The notes under the pieces were generated by a model, which was not told the origin of the DNA, did no database searches, and saw only the letters and a program-made list of their open reading frames with translations. DNA of 64,000 nt. It comes from an uncultured Gammaproteobacteria bacterium (GTDB lineage Bacteria; Patescibacteriota; Patescibacteriia; UBA11705; DATKZF01). The position numbers were made by a program, and so were the translations under genes. Shown piece by piece: positions 49,339 through 59,539 of the stretch (position 1 is the stretch's first letter; each line of letters opens with the position of its first letter). The stretch covers positions 16,477-80,476 of the forward strand of contig CAYPKD010000003.1 of the NCBI GenBank assembly GCA_964411255.1, given 5' to 3'.

Positions 49339-49875
49339 TTATTTTTTGTTTAAATTTATATAAGTTAAAGAATTTCCTGCACAAATTGCCACTGCCAAAG
49401 CGTCTGCTGCATGGCTTGGTTTTGGTATTATCTTCAAATTTAATAAAAGTTTAACCATTTTTTGAATTTGTGCTTTTTCCGCTCTGCCATATGCTGCCAG
49501 CGCCTGCTTTATTTGCAAAGGAGTAAATATCATTACTGGCAGCTTTGCTAAACTGGCAGTTAAGATAATAACACCCAGCGCCTGGCCTACTTTAAGTGCG
49601 CTTTTTACGTTTTTAGCAAAAAACAAATCTTCAACAGCCACATAATCTGGCTGGTATTTATCTATTATGTCCTTTAATTTTTTATGAATACGAAGCAATC
49701 TTTCCGGAAATTCCTGGTCACTCTTCGTCTGGATGCATCCATAGTCAATCAGGTCTTCCTTATTGCTTTTTTTTGATATTAAACCATAGCCAGTATCAGC
49801 TAAGCCTGGATCCACTCCTAATATTTTTATTTCCTTAGAGATTGGCATTTGAATAAACGCAATTAACGTCCTCAA
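49339..49875 (-). CDS. ruvC: Holliday junction resolvase RuvC
   Basis: ILGVDPGLADTGYGL, VAVEDLFF and HAADALAVAICA. The real start is probably M10 at 49848. Confidence 0.85.
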   Translation of the reverse strand: MRTLIAFIQMPISKEIKILGVDPGLADTGYGLISKKSNKEDLIDYGCIQTKSDQEFPERLLRIHKKLKDIIDKYQPDYVAVEDLFFAKNVKSALKVGQALGVIILTASLAKLPVMIFTPLQIKQALAAYGRAEKAQIQKMVKLLLNLKIIPKPSHAADALAVAICAGNSLTYINLNKK

Positions 49876-50560
49876 GATTTTCTAAGCCTTCAATAATTTT
49901 ATTAATCTTTTCTTTAAGCTCATCAGAAATATTTTGAGAATCTTTGGCAATCCATTCCAATCCTGCATAATCAAGCTTATATTCTGCATTTTTTATTTTT
50001 TGCTCAACGGATTTTAGATTTTCTCTACTTGTATAAACAGTCAATCCACCCTGCTCTTGATTAACATCTTCTGAACCAAATTCAATTAGTTCCAATTGAA
50101 CTTCATCCAAATCTTTATCTTTATACGAGTCTTCAAGAATCCGGATTACACCTTTTTGTTCAAACATCCATTTAACTGAATTGGTTGAACCTAAAGATCC
50201 GCCTAATTTATTTAGGGCCGCCTTGATATCAGAACTGGTCCTGTTTCTATTGTCAGTCGTGCCTTCAATCAGCATGCCTATTCCTTCTGGGCCAAAAGCC
50301 TCATACAAAACTTCTACTATCTGCTCACCGCCAAGCTCGCCAGCGCCACGGGCAATCGCCCTTTCGATATTATCTTTTGGCATGTTTGCAGCTCTAGCCT
50401 GATCAATAGCCAGTCGCAGCTTAAAATTCATATTAGGATCTTTGCCTTCTTTGGCTGCGACAATAATATTGCGAGCAAGTTTGGTAAAGATGGAGGCTCT
50501 TTTTTTATCTGCAGCTTCTTTTGCCCGATGAGTTGTTGCCCATTTTGAGTGTCCAGACAT
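49835..50560 (-). CDS. YebC/PmpR-family probable transcriptional regulator
   Basis: The canonical N-terminus MSGHSKWATTHRAKEAADKKRASIFTKLARNI. 241 aa. It is followed by ruvC as in many bacteria. Confidence 0.85.
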   Translation of the reverse strand: MSGHSKWATTHRAKEAADKKRASIFTKLARNIIVAAKEGKDPNMNFKLRLAIDQARAANMPKDNIERAIARGAGELGGEQIVEVLYEAFGPEGIGMLIEGTTDNRNRTSSDIKAALNKLGGSLGSTNSVKWMFEQKGVIRILEDSYKDKDLDEVQLELIEFGSEDVNQEQGGLTVYTSRENLKSVEQKIKNAEYKLDYAGLEWIAKDSQNISDELKEKINKIIEGLENLEDVNCVYSNANL

Positions 50561-50947
50561 ATATAAAATAAAAAATCAAAATGAAAAATTCAAAAAATTG
50601 GATTTTTCTTTTTAATAAAAAAATCCTCCTAGACTAATTCAACTATAGCAAAAAAAATGGTAATAATCAAGGGTATTACAAATATTCACATCGTATTAAA
50701 AAAATAAATTACAAATAATTGCAGATGATAACAAATTACATTTTAAATAGAGTTATACACAAAACCTTCTTGCATAATTTGAAAAAATCTTGCAATATAG
50801 AATTAAATTAAGAACTTGTTCTCAAAGGAGGGTTTATAAGAAAAATTTCACTTTACCAGTTAGGAGAGTTTTCTCTCCTTTAAAATAAAAACAAAAAGGG
50901 TCTCCGTAGCCATGCTTGACGGGGACTTTTTTTAAATAAATGAAACA

Positions 50948-52489
50948 ATGAGTTACAATGTAGCTATGAAGATGTCAGATTTTAAAATGTCACTTTTTTG
51001 GCAAGCTGTAATAATATTTTGCATCTCTTTTTTTATTTTCTCTTTAGCTCAATTCCCGCACACCTTTTTAGACCCAGATGCATTTTATCATGCAAAAATA
51101 TCTGAAAAAATAGCTCAGGACGGAATTATCCAAGACTTTCCCTGGATGCAGGTTTCAACCCTAAAAAACAATTATATTGACCACCATCTTGGATTTCACC
51201 TTTTGGTCGCTCCAATAACGAAATTTATTGACAAGGCTTTTGCTTTAAAGCTTGTTAATTTATTCATTAATTCAGCTTTTGTCACTTTATTTTATTTATT
51301 TTTAAAAAAGCAAAGAATTAAATATTCCCTTCTTTACATAATTTTAATATTTTTATCAACACCTCTTTTTGGTCGTTTAAGCTTAAATAAAGCTTCTGGC
51401 CTGTCATTAATCCTATTACTACTTTTTGTCTGGGCACTTTATAAAAAAAAGCCATGGCAACTTTTCATTATTAGCGCCTTATATCTGTATTGTTATGGCG
51501 GCTGGGCAATTATTTTTATATTTTTATTTGTTTACTGTTTAAGTAGATTATTTTTTGGAATAATTGAAAAAAGGCAGGCTAAAAAAATATTTAATAAAAA
51601 ATTCCTATACTTAATGCTGGCACCAATTGGCGGAATCATTGCTGCTTTAATTGTCAATCCATATTTTCCTAAAAATATATATTTTTACTGGCAGCAAATT
51701 GTACAAATCGGCCTGATAAATTATCAGGATAAAATTACTGTCGGCGCAGAATGGTACCCATATGACTTTTTCAATCTTATAATCTACCTATTTTTCCTTT
51801 GGGGTTTATTCATATTTTCATTAATGATTGTTGTTTATCAAAAAGCAAAACCCAATTGGAAACACTTTTTCTGGATTTTTTTAAGTTTAATCTTTTTTGT
51901 AGCAACCTTAAAGTCTGGCAGGTATATTGAATATTTTATTCCAATTTTCATCATTGCCATTGCATATTTATTAAATGAAAACAAGCCGCCAAAACCAATT
52001 GAAAAATTTCCCAAACAAATTTTAGCATATTTTATATTTGGCATAATATTTGCCACAGGCCTAGCCACCTATAATTTCGCCTCCACGGTGATATCATTTC
52101 AAAACGGTCATCAGCTGACTGAATTTAAGCAGGCCAGCCAATGGATTAAAGAATACACTGAACCTCATTCAATTATTTTCCACACTGACTGGGATGAATT
52201 TCCGCAGCTTTGGTATCATAATGACCAAAATTATTATCTTAACGGACTTGATCCGACATTTAGCTATACTTTTGATAACCAATTGCACCAAAAATGGGCA
52301 AAGATAATCATGGGCGAGGAAGCTGATAATTTATATAAAATTATAAAAAATGATTTTAGCTCTGATTATATTTTTGTAGAAAAAAAGAATCATGAAAAAT
52401 TTCTGCAAAATTTAGAAAACAACTTTTTAGCTGAAAAAAAGTATGAAGATGATGAAAGTACAATATTTTATTTAAAAGATTATGAATAA
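50948..52489 (+). CDS. Polytopic membrane protein (GT-C-like or DUF)
   Basis: 513 aa with more than 12 TM segments. A first-loop LDPDAFYHA motif is present. A hairpin plus T-run lies 18 nt upstream of the ATG. Confidence 0.45.
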   Translation: MSYNVAMKMSDFKMSLFWQAVIIFCISFFIFSLAQFPHTFLDPDAFYHAKISEKIAQDGIIQDFPWMQVSTLKNNYIDHHLGFHLLVAPITKFIDKAFALKLVNLFINSAFVTLFYLFLKKQRIKYSLLYIILIFLSTPLFGRLSLNKASGLSLILLLLFVWALYKKKPWQLFIISALYLYCYGGWAIIFIFLFVYCLSRLFFGIIEKRQAKKIFNKKFLYLMLAPIGGIIAALIVNPYFPKNIYFYWQQIVQIGLINYQDKITVGAEWYPYDFFNLIIYLFFLWGLFIFSLMIVVYQKAKPNWKHFFWIFLSLIFFVATLKSGRYIEYFIPIFIIAIAYLLNENKPPKPIEKFPKQILAYFIFGIIFATGLATYNFASTVISFQNGHQLTEFKQASQWIKEYTEPHSIIFHTDWDEFPQLWYHNDQNYYLNGLDPTFSYTFDNQLHQKWAKIIMGEEADNLYKIIKNDFSSDYIFVEKKNHEKFLQNLENNFLAEKKYEDDESTIFYLKDYE

Positions 52490-54101
52490 TTTTTCTGATT
52501 TAATAAAAAAAATCTCAAAAAAAGAATGGATTTTTATAATTTCTATTTCTTTTTTATTAACAATGGTTATTTCAATCCCTTTCTTTTACAGTTTGTCTCA
52601 AAATAATGAATTCTATACTTACAATGGCAAGCATTCTATCTCGCCGGCTGATATTTCGGTTTATTATTCATATATTAATCAGGTTAAAGATGGAAATATT
52701 TTTTTAATAAATCAATTTACTTCTGAAACTGATGATTTAAAAATTTTAAATGTTTTTTGGCTGGGAGCAGGTAATTTTGCAAAAGTATTTGATCTTTCTC
52801 CCTTGATGGCCTTTCATGTTTTAAAAATTATATTAATTCCAGTACTGATTATTGCCATATATTTATTTTTAAATCTATTTATAAAAAACCCAAAAGTAAA
52901 AATGGTCCTCATAGCCTTATTATCATTTTCATCTGGCCTTGGTATGTGGTTTTCAAATTTAAATGTTGAATTGAACTCATATCAAAAAGCACCAATTGAC
53001 CTATGGGTCTCTGAAAGCAACATTTTTACCTCACTTTACCACTCGCCTCACTTTTCTTTTTCCTGGATTTTAATAATTTTTACATTTATATTTTTTATAT
53101 TATCAATCAGGACGAAAAAAATTACATACAGTATAATTTCCGGAATTTTTGCTTTAATTTTATTTCAATATCATCCATATCATTTTATTACCATCTATTT
53201 TGTTACTTTAACCTATACAATTTATCACCTAGCCAGAAATAAAAATTTTAAAAACATAATTTCATTTTTAATTCTATTTTTTATTTCTTTACCTTCAATT
53301 GTCTATCATTTTTTTACATTAAAAGATCCGCTAATCTATGGCCGTTCCTTGCAAAACGTGACTTTAAGCCCTCCAATTATTTATGTTATATTAGGCTTTG
53401 GCATATTTTTGCCTTTGGCTACCTGGGGCATATACAAAATTTTCAAATTAAAAAAAGAAGATAAATACATTTTTTTAATTATTTGGCTTATCGGCAGCCT
53501 GTTTTTATCATATTTGCCAGAATTTCAATTTCAGCGCCGTTTGCTGCAGGGAATGCAACTACCAATGATTATTTTAGCTATTGTACCCTTTTGGTCTTTT
53601 ATAAAAAAATATCTTTACAAAACAAAAGACAGCTATCTTTCTGCCGTTATTTTTCTGCTTTCGCTTTTAATATTAATGCCAACAACTATTTATAATATAA
53701 GCCGTGATATCCATTTGTCTACAATCCATAATCCATATTTTTATATTGAAAAACCACAGCAGCAAATAATAAATTTTCTTCAGGATAAAACTAATTATCA
53801 AACAGTTGTTTTATCTGATGATACTTTTTTAATGAATTTACTGCCTGCCAACATTAAAACAAAAGTCTTTTTAGGCCATGGCCATGAAACAATTGATTTT
53901 GAAAATAAACAAATTTTATTATTACAATTTCTCAATCAAAAATTATCAGAACAAGAAGCTAAAAACTTTTTAAAAAAACACAATATTTCTTATGTTATAT
54001 CGAGGTATGATTTAAAAAATAATTTCTTTTCTTTGATAAAAACTATTGGCGATTATAAGATATATATCACTCGGGGAATCACAGATTCCCCTCGGCCTTA
54101 A
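52482..54101 (+). CDS. Polytopic membrane protein
   Basis: 539 aa and very hydrophobic. It overlaps the previous gene by 8 nt, which suggests an operon. Confidence 0.45.
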   Translation: MNNFSDLIKKISKKEWIFIISISFLLTMVISIPFFYSLSQNNEFYTYNGKHSISPADISVYYSYINQVKDGNIFLINQFTSETDDLKILNVFWLGAGNFAKVFDLSPLMAFHVLKIILIPVLIIAIYLFLNLFIKNPKVKMVLIALLSFSSGLGMWFSNLNVELNSYQKAPIDLWVSESNIFTSLYHSPHFSFSWILIIFTFIFFILSIRTKKITYSIISGIFALILFQYHPYHFITIYFVTLTYTIYHLARNKNFKNIISFLILFFISLPSIVYHFFTLKDPLIYGRSLQNVTLSPPIIYVILGFGIFLPLATWGIYKIFKLKKEDKYIFLIIWLIGSLFLSYLPEFQFQRRLLQGMQLPMIILAIVPFWSFIKKYLYKTKDSYLSAVIFLLSLLILMPTTIYNISRDIHLSTIHNPYFYIEKPQQQIINFLQDKTNYQTVVLSDDTFLMNLLPANIKTKVFLGHGHETIDFENKQILLLQFLNQKLSEQEAKNFLKKHNISYVISRYDLKNNFFSLIKTIGDYKIYITRGITDSPRP

Positions 54102-54167
54102 TTTTTTTCGCACTCAATCGCCGAGGGGAAACTAAGTTTCCCCGACCGAATATCCCAACCGGATGAT

Positions 54168-55898
54168 TTAATTAACAATAAAAATTTCTTTACCAATCCC
54201 TTCAACTTTTATAATATCATTAAATGCAACCCCCAAATGATTTGAATTTAGAAAGCCTCTAACTTTCGCCTCATTTAAACTGATTTTATCAAAATCTTCA
54301 ACTGCCACATTTATTATTTCAAAAAAGGGCTTTACATACTGCTCTTTTATTATTTCATCATTTTTGTAATATTTAATTAAATATACCTTATCCTGCCAGT
54401 CAGTAAAATATTGATTTAAATGTAGTTTTTTATAATTTTTATTTTCTGGATTAAATGCTATTTCAAAAGGCTCTTTGCCAAACAAAATATAATTCCCCCA
54501 ATTTTCAACTAATCGCAAATTATTTTCCCTGATCACTTTTCGAATGTTATCTGTGCCTGATAAATAATTTGTTTTATAAAACAACCTTTGATCTTTTTGT
54601 AATTCATAGGTCAAAAATTCATCCAAATCAATTAAAATATAATCAACCGCTCCAACTTCATATTTTTGATCTAAAAATTGTTTATGGCCCCAAAAAGTCC
54701 AGCCCAAAGAATAAACTTCTGATTTTTTAACTAACTTTAAAAAAAGGCTGGCTGGACTGATGACTTTTGATCCAGATTCAATTCTTTCAACAAAATAATC
54801 CTGCAAATTTTTATTTTCATTCTTATAATCAGAAATTCTCCATGGACCAAAAAATACATTTAAATATAGCATTGCCAAAATTAATAATACTGGTGCTAAT
54901 TTTCTGTAAATTTCAAAAGGAACTTTCTTAAACTTTTTATTATTCCAATCATGTAATATAAAAATAGTGGCTAAGTACATTGGAATCATAAGCAATACAC
55001 CATAGTGAAAGCCTGCTATGGGCTGACCATAAGCAGCAGCAACCATTAAATAATAAATTAATCCAATTAACAAATATCTGGCTTTAAAAAGTGGTAAAAA
55101 TATAAAAGGTATAAATATTTGTAATATTAATTCAAGCTGGCCCAAGCTGAACCAGTGCTTGAAAGCTAATTTCCAATCTGAAATCCAACTAAAATATATT
55201 AAAAATTTATTAGAATCCTGATTAAAATATTTTATAATTATCCAAGATCCTGCAAACCAAACAATACTAATTAATAAAACAAATAAAATTTTTGAATTTT
55301 TTATTGCTTTTTTAAAAGTCTGATCCTTTGTTTTTTCAAAAAGCATAAAAGCAGCAAAACCTAACATAAACAAACTCATATCTTCTCGAATAAAAAAACA
55401 TAAAAACAAAAAAACATAAAAACCTGACCATTTTTCTTTTTTATAAAAATAAAACATCCAAAACACAAAGAAAAAACTAAATGACAACCAGTGAAATTCA
55501 AATAAGTTTATACTAATAATAAAAGGATTAAAAAGATATATAGCAATTATTAAAAAACTTTTCCATTTAGATAAATATCTTTTTGCTATCAAATAAAGCG
55601 GCCAGGCTGCCAGGGCAATAAATAAAGTTTGGATAAAAAGCAATAAAAGAGGGCTTTGCCAGATGTAAAAAATAGGCAAGAAAATAAAAAACATCAGACT
55701 AAAATGGTCTGCCCAGTACATATTTCCCTGGATCGGCACCGTTAGTAATTCGCCCTGAGTCAGACTGTCAAAAGCCTGATAAAATATTGCTAAATCAGTT
55801 AAATTATAAAAATTGTTTGTATATTTAAAAATACAAATACCAAATACTATTGCTACATAAAGCACGATCATACCTATTAATATTAACTTTTGTTTCAT
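54168..55898 (-). CDS. Polytopic membrane protein (DUF2079/GT-C-like)
   Basis: 576 aa and very hydrophobic in the N-terminal two thirds. The terminator hairpins CGAGGGGAAACTAAGTTTCCCCGACCG are shared with the convergent gene. Confidence 0.45.
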   Translation of the reverse strand: MKQKLILIGMIVLYVAIVFGICIFKYTNNFYNLTDLAIFYQAFDSLTQGELLTVPIQGNMYWADHFSLMFFIFLPIFYIWQSPLLLLFIQTLFIALAAWPLYLIAKRYLSKWKSFLIIAIYLFNPFIISINLFEFHWLSFSFFFVFWMFYFYKKEKWSGFYVFLFLCFFIREDMSLFMLGFAAFMLFEKTKDQTFKKAIKNSKILFVLLISIVWFAGSWIIIKYFNQDSNKFLIYFSWISDWKLAFKHWFSLGQLELILQIFIPFIFLPLFKARYLLIGLIYYLMVAAAYGQPIAGFHYGVLLMIPMYLATIFILHDWNNKKFKKVPFEIYRKLAPVLLILAMLYLNVFFGPWRISDYKNENKNLQDYFVERIESGSKVISPASLFLKLVKKSEVYSLGWTFWGHKQFLDQKYEVGAVDYILIDLDEFLTYELQKDQRLFYKTNYLSGTDNIRKVIRENNLRLVENWGNYILFGKEPFEIAFNPENKNYKKLHLNQYFTDWQDKVYLIKYYKNDEIIKEQYVKPFFEIINVAVEDFDKISLNEAKVRGFLNSNHLGVAFNDIIKVEGIGKEIFIVN

Positions 55899-56103
55899 AT
55901 TTTATCTACAAGATTACAAGATAACATACGAGATATACAAGATACAAGATGCAAAATATAAATATTGCTAATCTTGTATATCTTGCCAGCCCCGAGCGAC
56001 CTTTCCTGAGCTTGCCTGCCTCGAGCGAAGTCGAGAGGTAATCTGTACTATCTTGTATAATAAATCTCGTACATCTCGTAATGTGAGTTTACCAAAACTT
56101 TTC

Positions 56104-56137
56104 CCAAAACAAAAATGCAAGCTTTATGCTTGCATCT
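56104..56137 (-). terminator. Rho-independent terminator of the pilin operon
   Basis: ATGCAAGC-ATAAA-GCTTGCAT is followed by TTTTGTTTTGGG on the minus strand. Confidence 0.6.
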
Positions 56138-56151
56138 TTGTTTAAAAAATG

Positions 56152-56544
56152 TTATCCAGTAATAATTTCTGTAGTTAACTTATCTACCACATAACTGGCA
56201 ATGGCATAAGACAGCAATATAATTACAAGCCCTATAATTCCATTAATAATCCAGCTTTTTGCCTTATCAACTTTTTCTTCACTACCGCCAGCTGTCATCC
56301 ATAAAAATCCTCCATATAAAACCACGATCAACAATATTATTCCTAAAAACGCAAGCACCACCTTAATAATTCTTCCGATAACAGTAGGTAAATCTGTATC
56401 CTGTTCTGAAGCTCCAAATCCAGCGCCGACATTTGCCAATTCACCGCCAAGGTCAGGTGTTCCTGCTAGAGCTGGCATGGCAAATCCAAGAGCAATAGCA
56501 AAAACCAAAATGGCAGGCACAAATCTTTTTAAATTTTTTCGCAT
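56152..56544 (-). CDS. TrbC/VirB2-like (type IV secretion-type) pilin family protein, paralog 1
   Basis: 130 aa. A signal peptide is followed by ...LGIILLIVVLYGGFLWMTAGGSEEKVDKAKSWIINGIIGLVIILLSY: two hydrophobic helices flanking the MTAGG loop. Confidence 0.55.
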   Translation of the reverse strand: MRKNLKRFVPAILVFAIALGFAMPALAGTPDLGGELANVGAGFGASEQDTDLPTVIGRIIKVVLAFLGIILLIVVLYGGFLWMTAGGSEEKVDKAKSWIINGIIGLVIILLSYAIASYVVDKLTTEIITG

Positions 56545-56572
56545 AATTTTTTTAACTTTAATTATTTTTATA

Positions 56573-56983
56573 TTAAATTATTTTTTCAATTTGAGTCGGG
56601 ACTAATCCGGTAGTTCCCGTAACGCTTGATTGTATTCTTCTAATAATATAGCTGGTTGCTGCATATGCCGTTAATATTATAGCAATACCGATCAGTGCAT
56701 TTATAATCATGTCTTTAGCTTTCTTAACTTGATTTTCATCACCGCCAGCTGTCATCCACTGAAAACCCGCATACATTAAAATGATTAAAAGAATAATTCC
56801 TAAAACACCATAAAAAACATATAAAATATTACCTATAATTTCTGATGGCTCTTTATCAACTTTTAATCCAGCTTTTCCTGCAGTAGTCTCCAATCCGGTC
56901 GGGATAGCATCCGCTGTATTTGGCATAAAACCAAACACGAAAGCAAACAGGATTAAAGATATTAAAAATGTTTTTTTTATCAT
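56573..56983 (-). CDS. TrbC/VirB2-like pilin family protein, paralog 2
   Basis: It carries the same MTAGG loop architecture as paralog 1: YAGFQWMTAGGDENQVKKAKDMIINALIGIAIIL. 136 aa. Confidence 0.55.
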   Translation of the reverse strand: MIKKTFLISLILFAFVFGFMPNTADAIPTGLETTAGKAGLKVDKEPSEIIGNILYVFYGVLGIILLIILMYAGFQWMTAGGDENQVKKAKDMIINALIGIAIILTAYAATSYIIRRIQSSVTGTTGLVPTQIEKII

Positions 56984-57381
56984 AATGAATTAAGGATATA
57001 AACATCTAAAGCATCATAAACATATTTTAGGATTGCGTATGAAGCTAAAATAACAATCAATCCAATAATTGAATTTACAATGTAGCCTTTTGCCTTTTTC
57101 ATATTATCTTCACTGCCGCCAGCTGTCATCCAGAGAATTCCACCATATATCAGCATTATTAGAAGAATAACGCCGACAAAACCCAATAAATAATTTAAGA
57201 TGTTTCCTATAATCTGTGGCAAGCTTGCCTGAGTACTCAGACTGGCAGTCTTGGCAGAATTTTTTAATCCTCCCTCAACCAAACCCTCAGCTGCATTCGC
57301 TGTATTTATAAACAGTTCTTGTAAATATTGTCTCATAAATTTTTGTAGATGGCAATTTCCTTTGCGGTAATAACGAAACAA
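56980..57381 (-). CDS. TrbC/VirB2-like pilin family protein, paralog 3
   Basis: YGGILWMTAGGSEDNMKKAKGYIVNSIIGLIVIL. It overlaps paralog 2 by 4 nt. Confidence 0.55.
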   Translation of the reverse strand: MFRYYRKGNCHLQKFMRQYLQELFINTANAAEGLVEGGLKNSAKTASLSTQASLPQIIGNILNYLLGFVGVILLIMLIYGGILWMTAGGSEDNMKKAKGYIVNSIIGLIVILASYAILKYVYDALDVYILNSL

Positions 57382-57444
57382 TATTTCGCTATTACCGCAG
57401 AAGGGGCAGAGATCCCCAGCTGGGCATGACCTCTGCCCAATTGT

Positions 57445-57831
57445 TTATTCACCTGCAGGAGTAGAAATCGTTGCTTCCATTAACGAACTGATAACAAAAG
57501 TGGTAATGGCATAGGCTGCCAAAATAATGGCCAATCCAATGATCCCAGATATAAGCCACTTTTTAGCTTCGCCTACCTTTTCTTCACTACCACCAGCTGT
57601 CATCCATTTAAATCCACCGATTAAAATGATAACAATGGCAACCACGCCCAAGAACCCAAGTACAGTCTTGATAATTGAACCAACCACTGCTCGAAGATCT
57701 CTGGTACTGTAGCCAACTTCATTTTGCAAAGGATCTAATCCAACATCAATTTGTGCTAAGATTGGCAACGCAACTAAAAAAGCTACTAAAACTAACATTA
57801 CCACAGATGAAACTTTTTGAATTTTGTTCAT
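57445..57831 (-). CDS. TrbC/VirB2-like pilin family protein, paralog 4
   Basis: IGGFKWMTAGGSEEKVGEAKKWLISGIIGLAIIL. 128 aa. Confidence 0.55.
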   Translation of the reverse strand: MNKIQKVSSVVMLVLVAFLVALPILAQIDVGLDPLQNEVGYSTRDLRAVVGSIIKTVLGFLGVVAIVIILIGGFKWMTAGGSEEKVGEAKKWLISGIIGLAIILAAYAITTFVISSLMEATISTPAGE

Positions 57832-57881
57832 ATTTTTTTATTTTAAATAAAAAGTCGACCTTTTATTTTTATTAATTAAAC

Positions 57882-59537
57882 TTATTGATATTTTGTACTA
57901 CAATCTGCTCGGCAGGATCTTTCCTCCAGCTTAAGGCCTTCTAGGCACTTATCATATGCATTTACTGGCGCGCCTGGTTCTTTTGCTTCCAAAACACAGT
58001 CTGCCTCTCCTAATGCGGTTCTTTCTTTACAGTCTTCTACACACTGATCAACTTGCGCTGCCTGCTCTTCTGAAGTACCGCCTTTAAAAGTTAATGCTGT
58101 GATAACACTTGAAACCAATACATAACTGGAAAAAATTACAACCAGTCCCAGAATAGACCAAACCAGAGTACCCTGGGCTTTTTTTACTTTATCTGGATTG
58201 CCGCCTGAAGTCATCCACATCACTCCGCCATAAATAAAAATAACTAAAGCCAAAGAGCCAATAATACCTAAAAATACTTTTAGAGCCTGGCCTATTAAAC
58301 TCGGCACATCACCTTTTACCATTTCTCCTTTAATCGGACTTTTCCCTAAAAAGCTATCAATGGCGGCTAAAGCATCCCCAATTCCCAATGCAGCTCCTGC
58401 TGGAGCGCATTGTGCATTACAAGCAGCTTTATCTGGTACCTGAGCACATTTTTTATATTCAGAGCCTTCTTTTTCACAGCAACAGCCTTTACCCTTTGCT
58501 GTGCCTTCAATTCCTGATGTTTTACAGACTGCTTCACATGCGCTACCAGCCGCTGCCGGGCAGTCACAAAAAGTTCCATAATCTTTTGCTGTTACGCCCC
58601 CACCGCCGCCTGGAGTTGTTGGTGCTTCCTCCTCTTCTTCACCGTCTTCAAGCGTACTTGTTAAAACACATTCACCACCAGCTAACCAAGTATAATCATC
58701 TCCCAATACATCACACTCTGATTGAGTAAAACAACCGTCTAACTGGCCTGGCAAACAGGCTATTGTTCCTTTGGTTGGATCCATGATCCAATCATTTTCA
58801 AAAGACGGATCATATTTATCTTCAATCACCTGAGAACTGGTACCAACCGGATCATCTACAAAGTCTGCTCGAGTCGGTGGCGGCCAATTATTATCACAAT
58901 GTAGAACATAATAATCATATATTGGATTACATTCAGCAAACAGCTCAGGATCGCTTGAGGAACAATACAATGCAATTGTTTGCAACACACTGGCGCAGTC
59001 ACCAACTGTAGCTCCACCTGGCGGTGGCGGAGATGGTATTCCTCCCCCATCACCATCATCCCCTCCATCGTCTGGTGGAGGACAAGCCGCGGCTTGACAC
59101 TGATTGTTACACCAATTTCCATTGGCTCCAGTGCAAGCTGATTCAGTTGTACATAAATTTAAATGAGCTGAATCACATTGGGGAGTTGTTCCAACAGCGC
59201 TTGGCGGTGAGGTTGACGGATCAATTTCATCATTTTGTAAATTTTTATAATAATTGGACTCAACATTTAATAAATTATTATATGCAGTTAAATCTGTTGT
59301 GCCAAGATTGGCCAGAACACTCCATTCTATAACGTCAATAAAATTATTATTGCAAAAATTTACATATGAATCATACGCAGAGCTACAATTTTGAGGTGGT
59401 GGTACTTTACAAGTTTGCCGAAGATTCTCAACACTACTTTCACATTGAGCACCAGTCATAGCTGAAACGATCTGAGGCAAAGAAAATAAAAGAGCAAATG
59501 CTGCGAAAACAAAAATTATTTTATAAAAATTTTTCAT
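57882..59537 (-). CDS. Large Cys-rich secreted protein with an embedded TrbC/VirB2-like pilin module
   Basis: 551 aa. A signal peptide is followed by a region of about 400 aa with more than 40 Cys and a Gly/Pro/Asp-rich tract (PPPDDGGDDGDGGGIPSPPPPGG). Then comes the pilin module IFIYGGVMWMTSGGNPDKVKKAQGTLVWSILGLVVIF, and then a Cys-rich tail of about 70 aa. Confidence 0.5.
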   Translation of the reverse strand: MKNFYKIIFVFAAFALLFSLPQIVSAMTGAQCESSVENLRQTCKVPPPQNCSSAYDSYVNFCNNNFIDVIEWSVLANLGTTDLTAYNNLLNVESNYYKNLQNDEIDPSTSPPSAVGTTPQCDSAHLNLCTTESACTGANGNWCNNQCQAAACPPPDDGGDDGDGGGIPSPPPPGGATVGDCASVLQTIALYCSSSDPELFAECNPIYDYYVLHCDNNWPPPTRADFVDDPVGTSSQVIEDKYDPSFENDWIMDPTKGTIACLPGQLDGCFTQSECDVLGDDYTWLAGGECVLTSTLEDGEEEEEAPTTPGGGGGVTAKDYGTFCDCPAAAGSACEAVCKTSGIEGTAKGKGCCCEKEGSEYKKCAQVPDKAACNAQCAPAGAALGIGDALAAIDSFLGKSPIKGEMVKGDVPSLIGQALKVFLGIIGSLALVIFIYGGVMWMTSGGNPDKVKKAQGTLVWSILGLVVIFSSYVLVSSVITALTFKGGTSEEQAAQVDQCVEDCKERTALGEADCVLEAKEPGAPVNAYDKCLEGLKLEERSCRADCSTKYQ

Positions 59538-59539
59538 AA

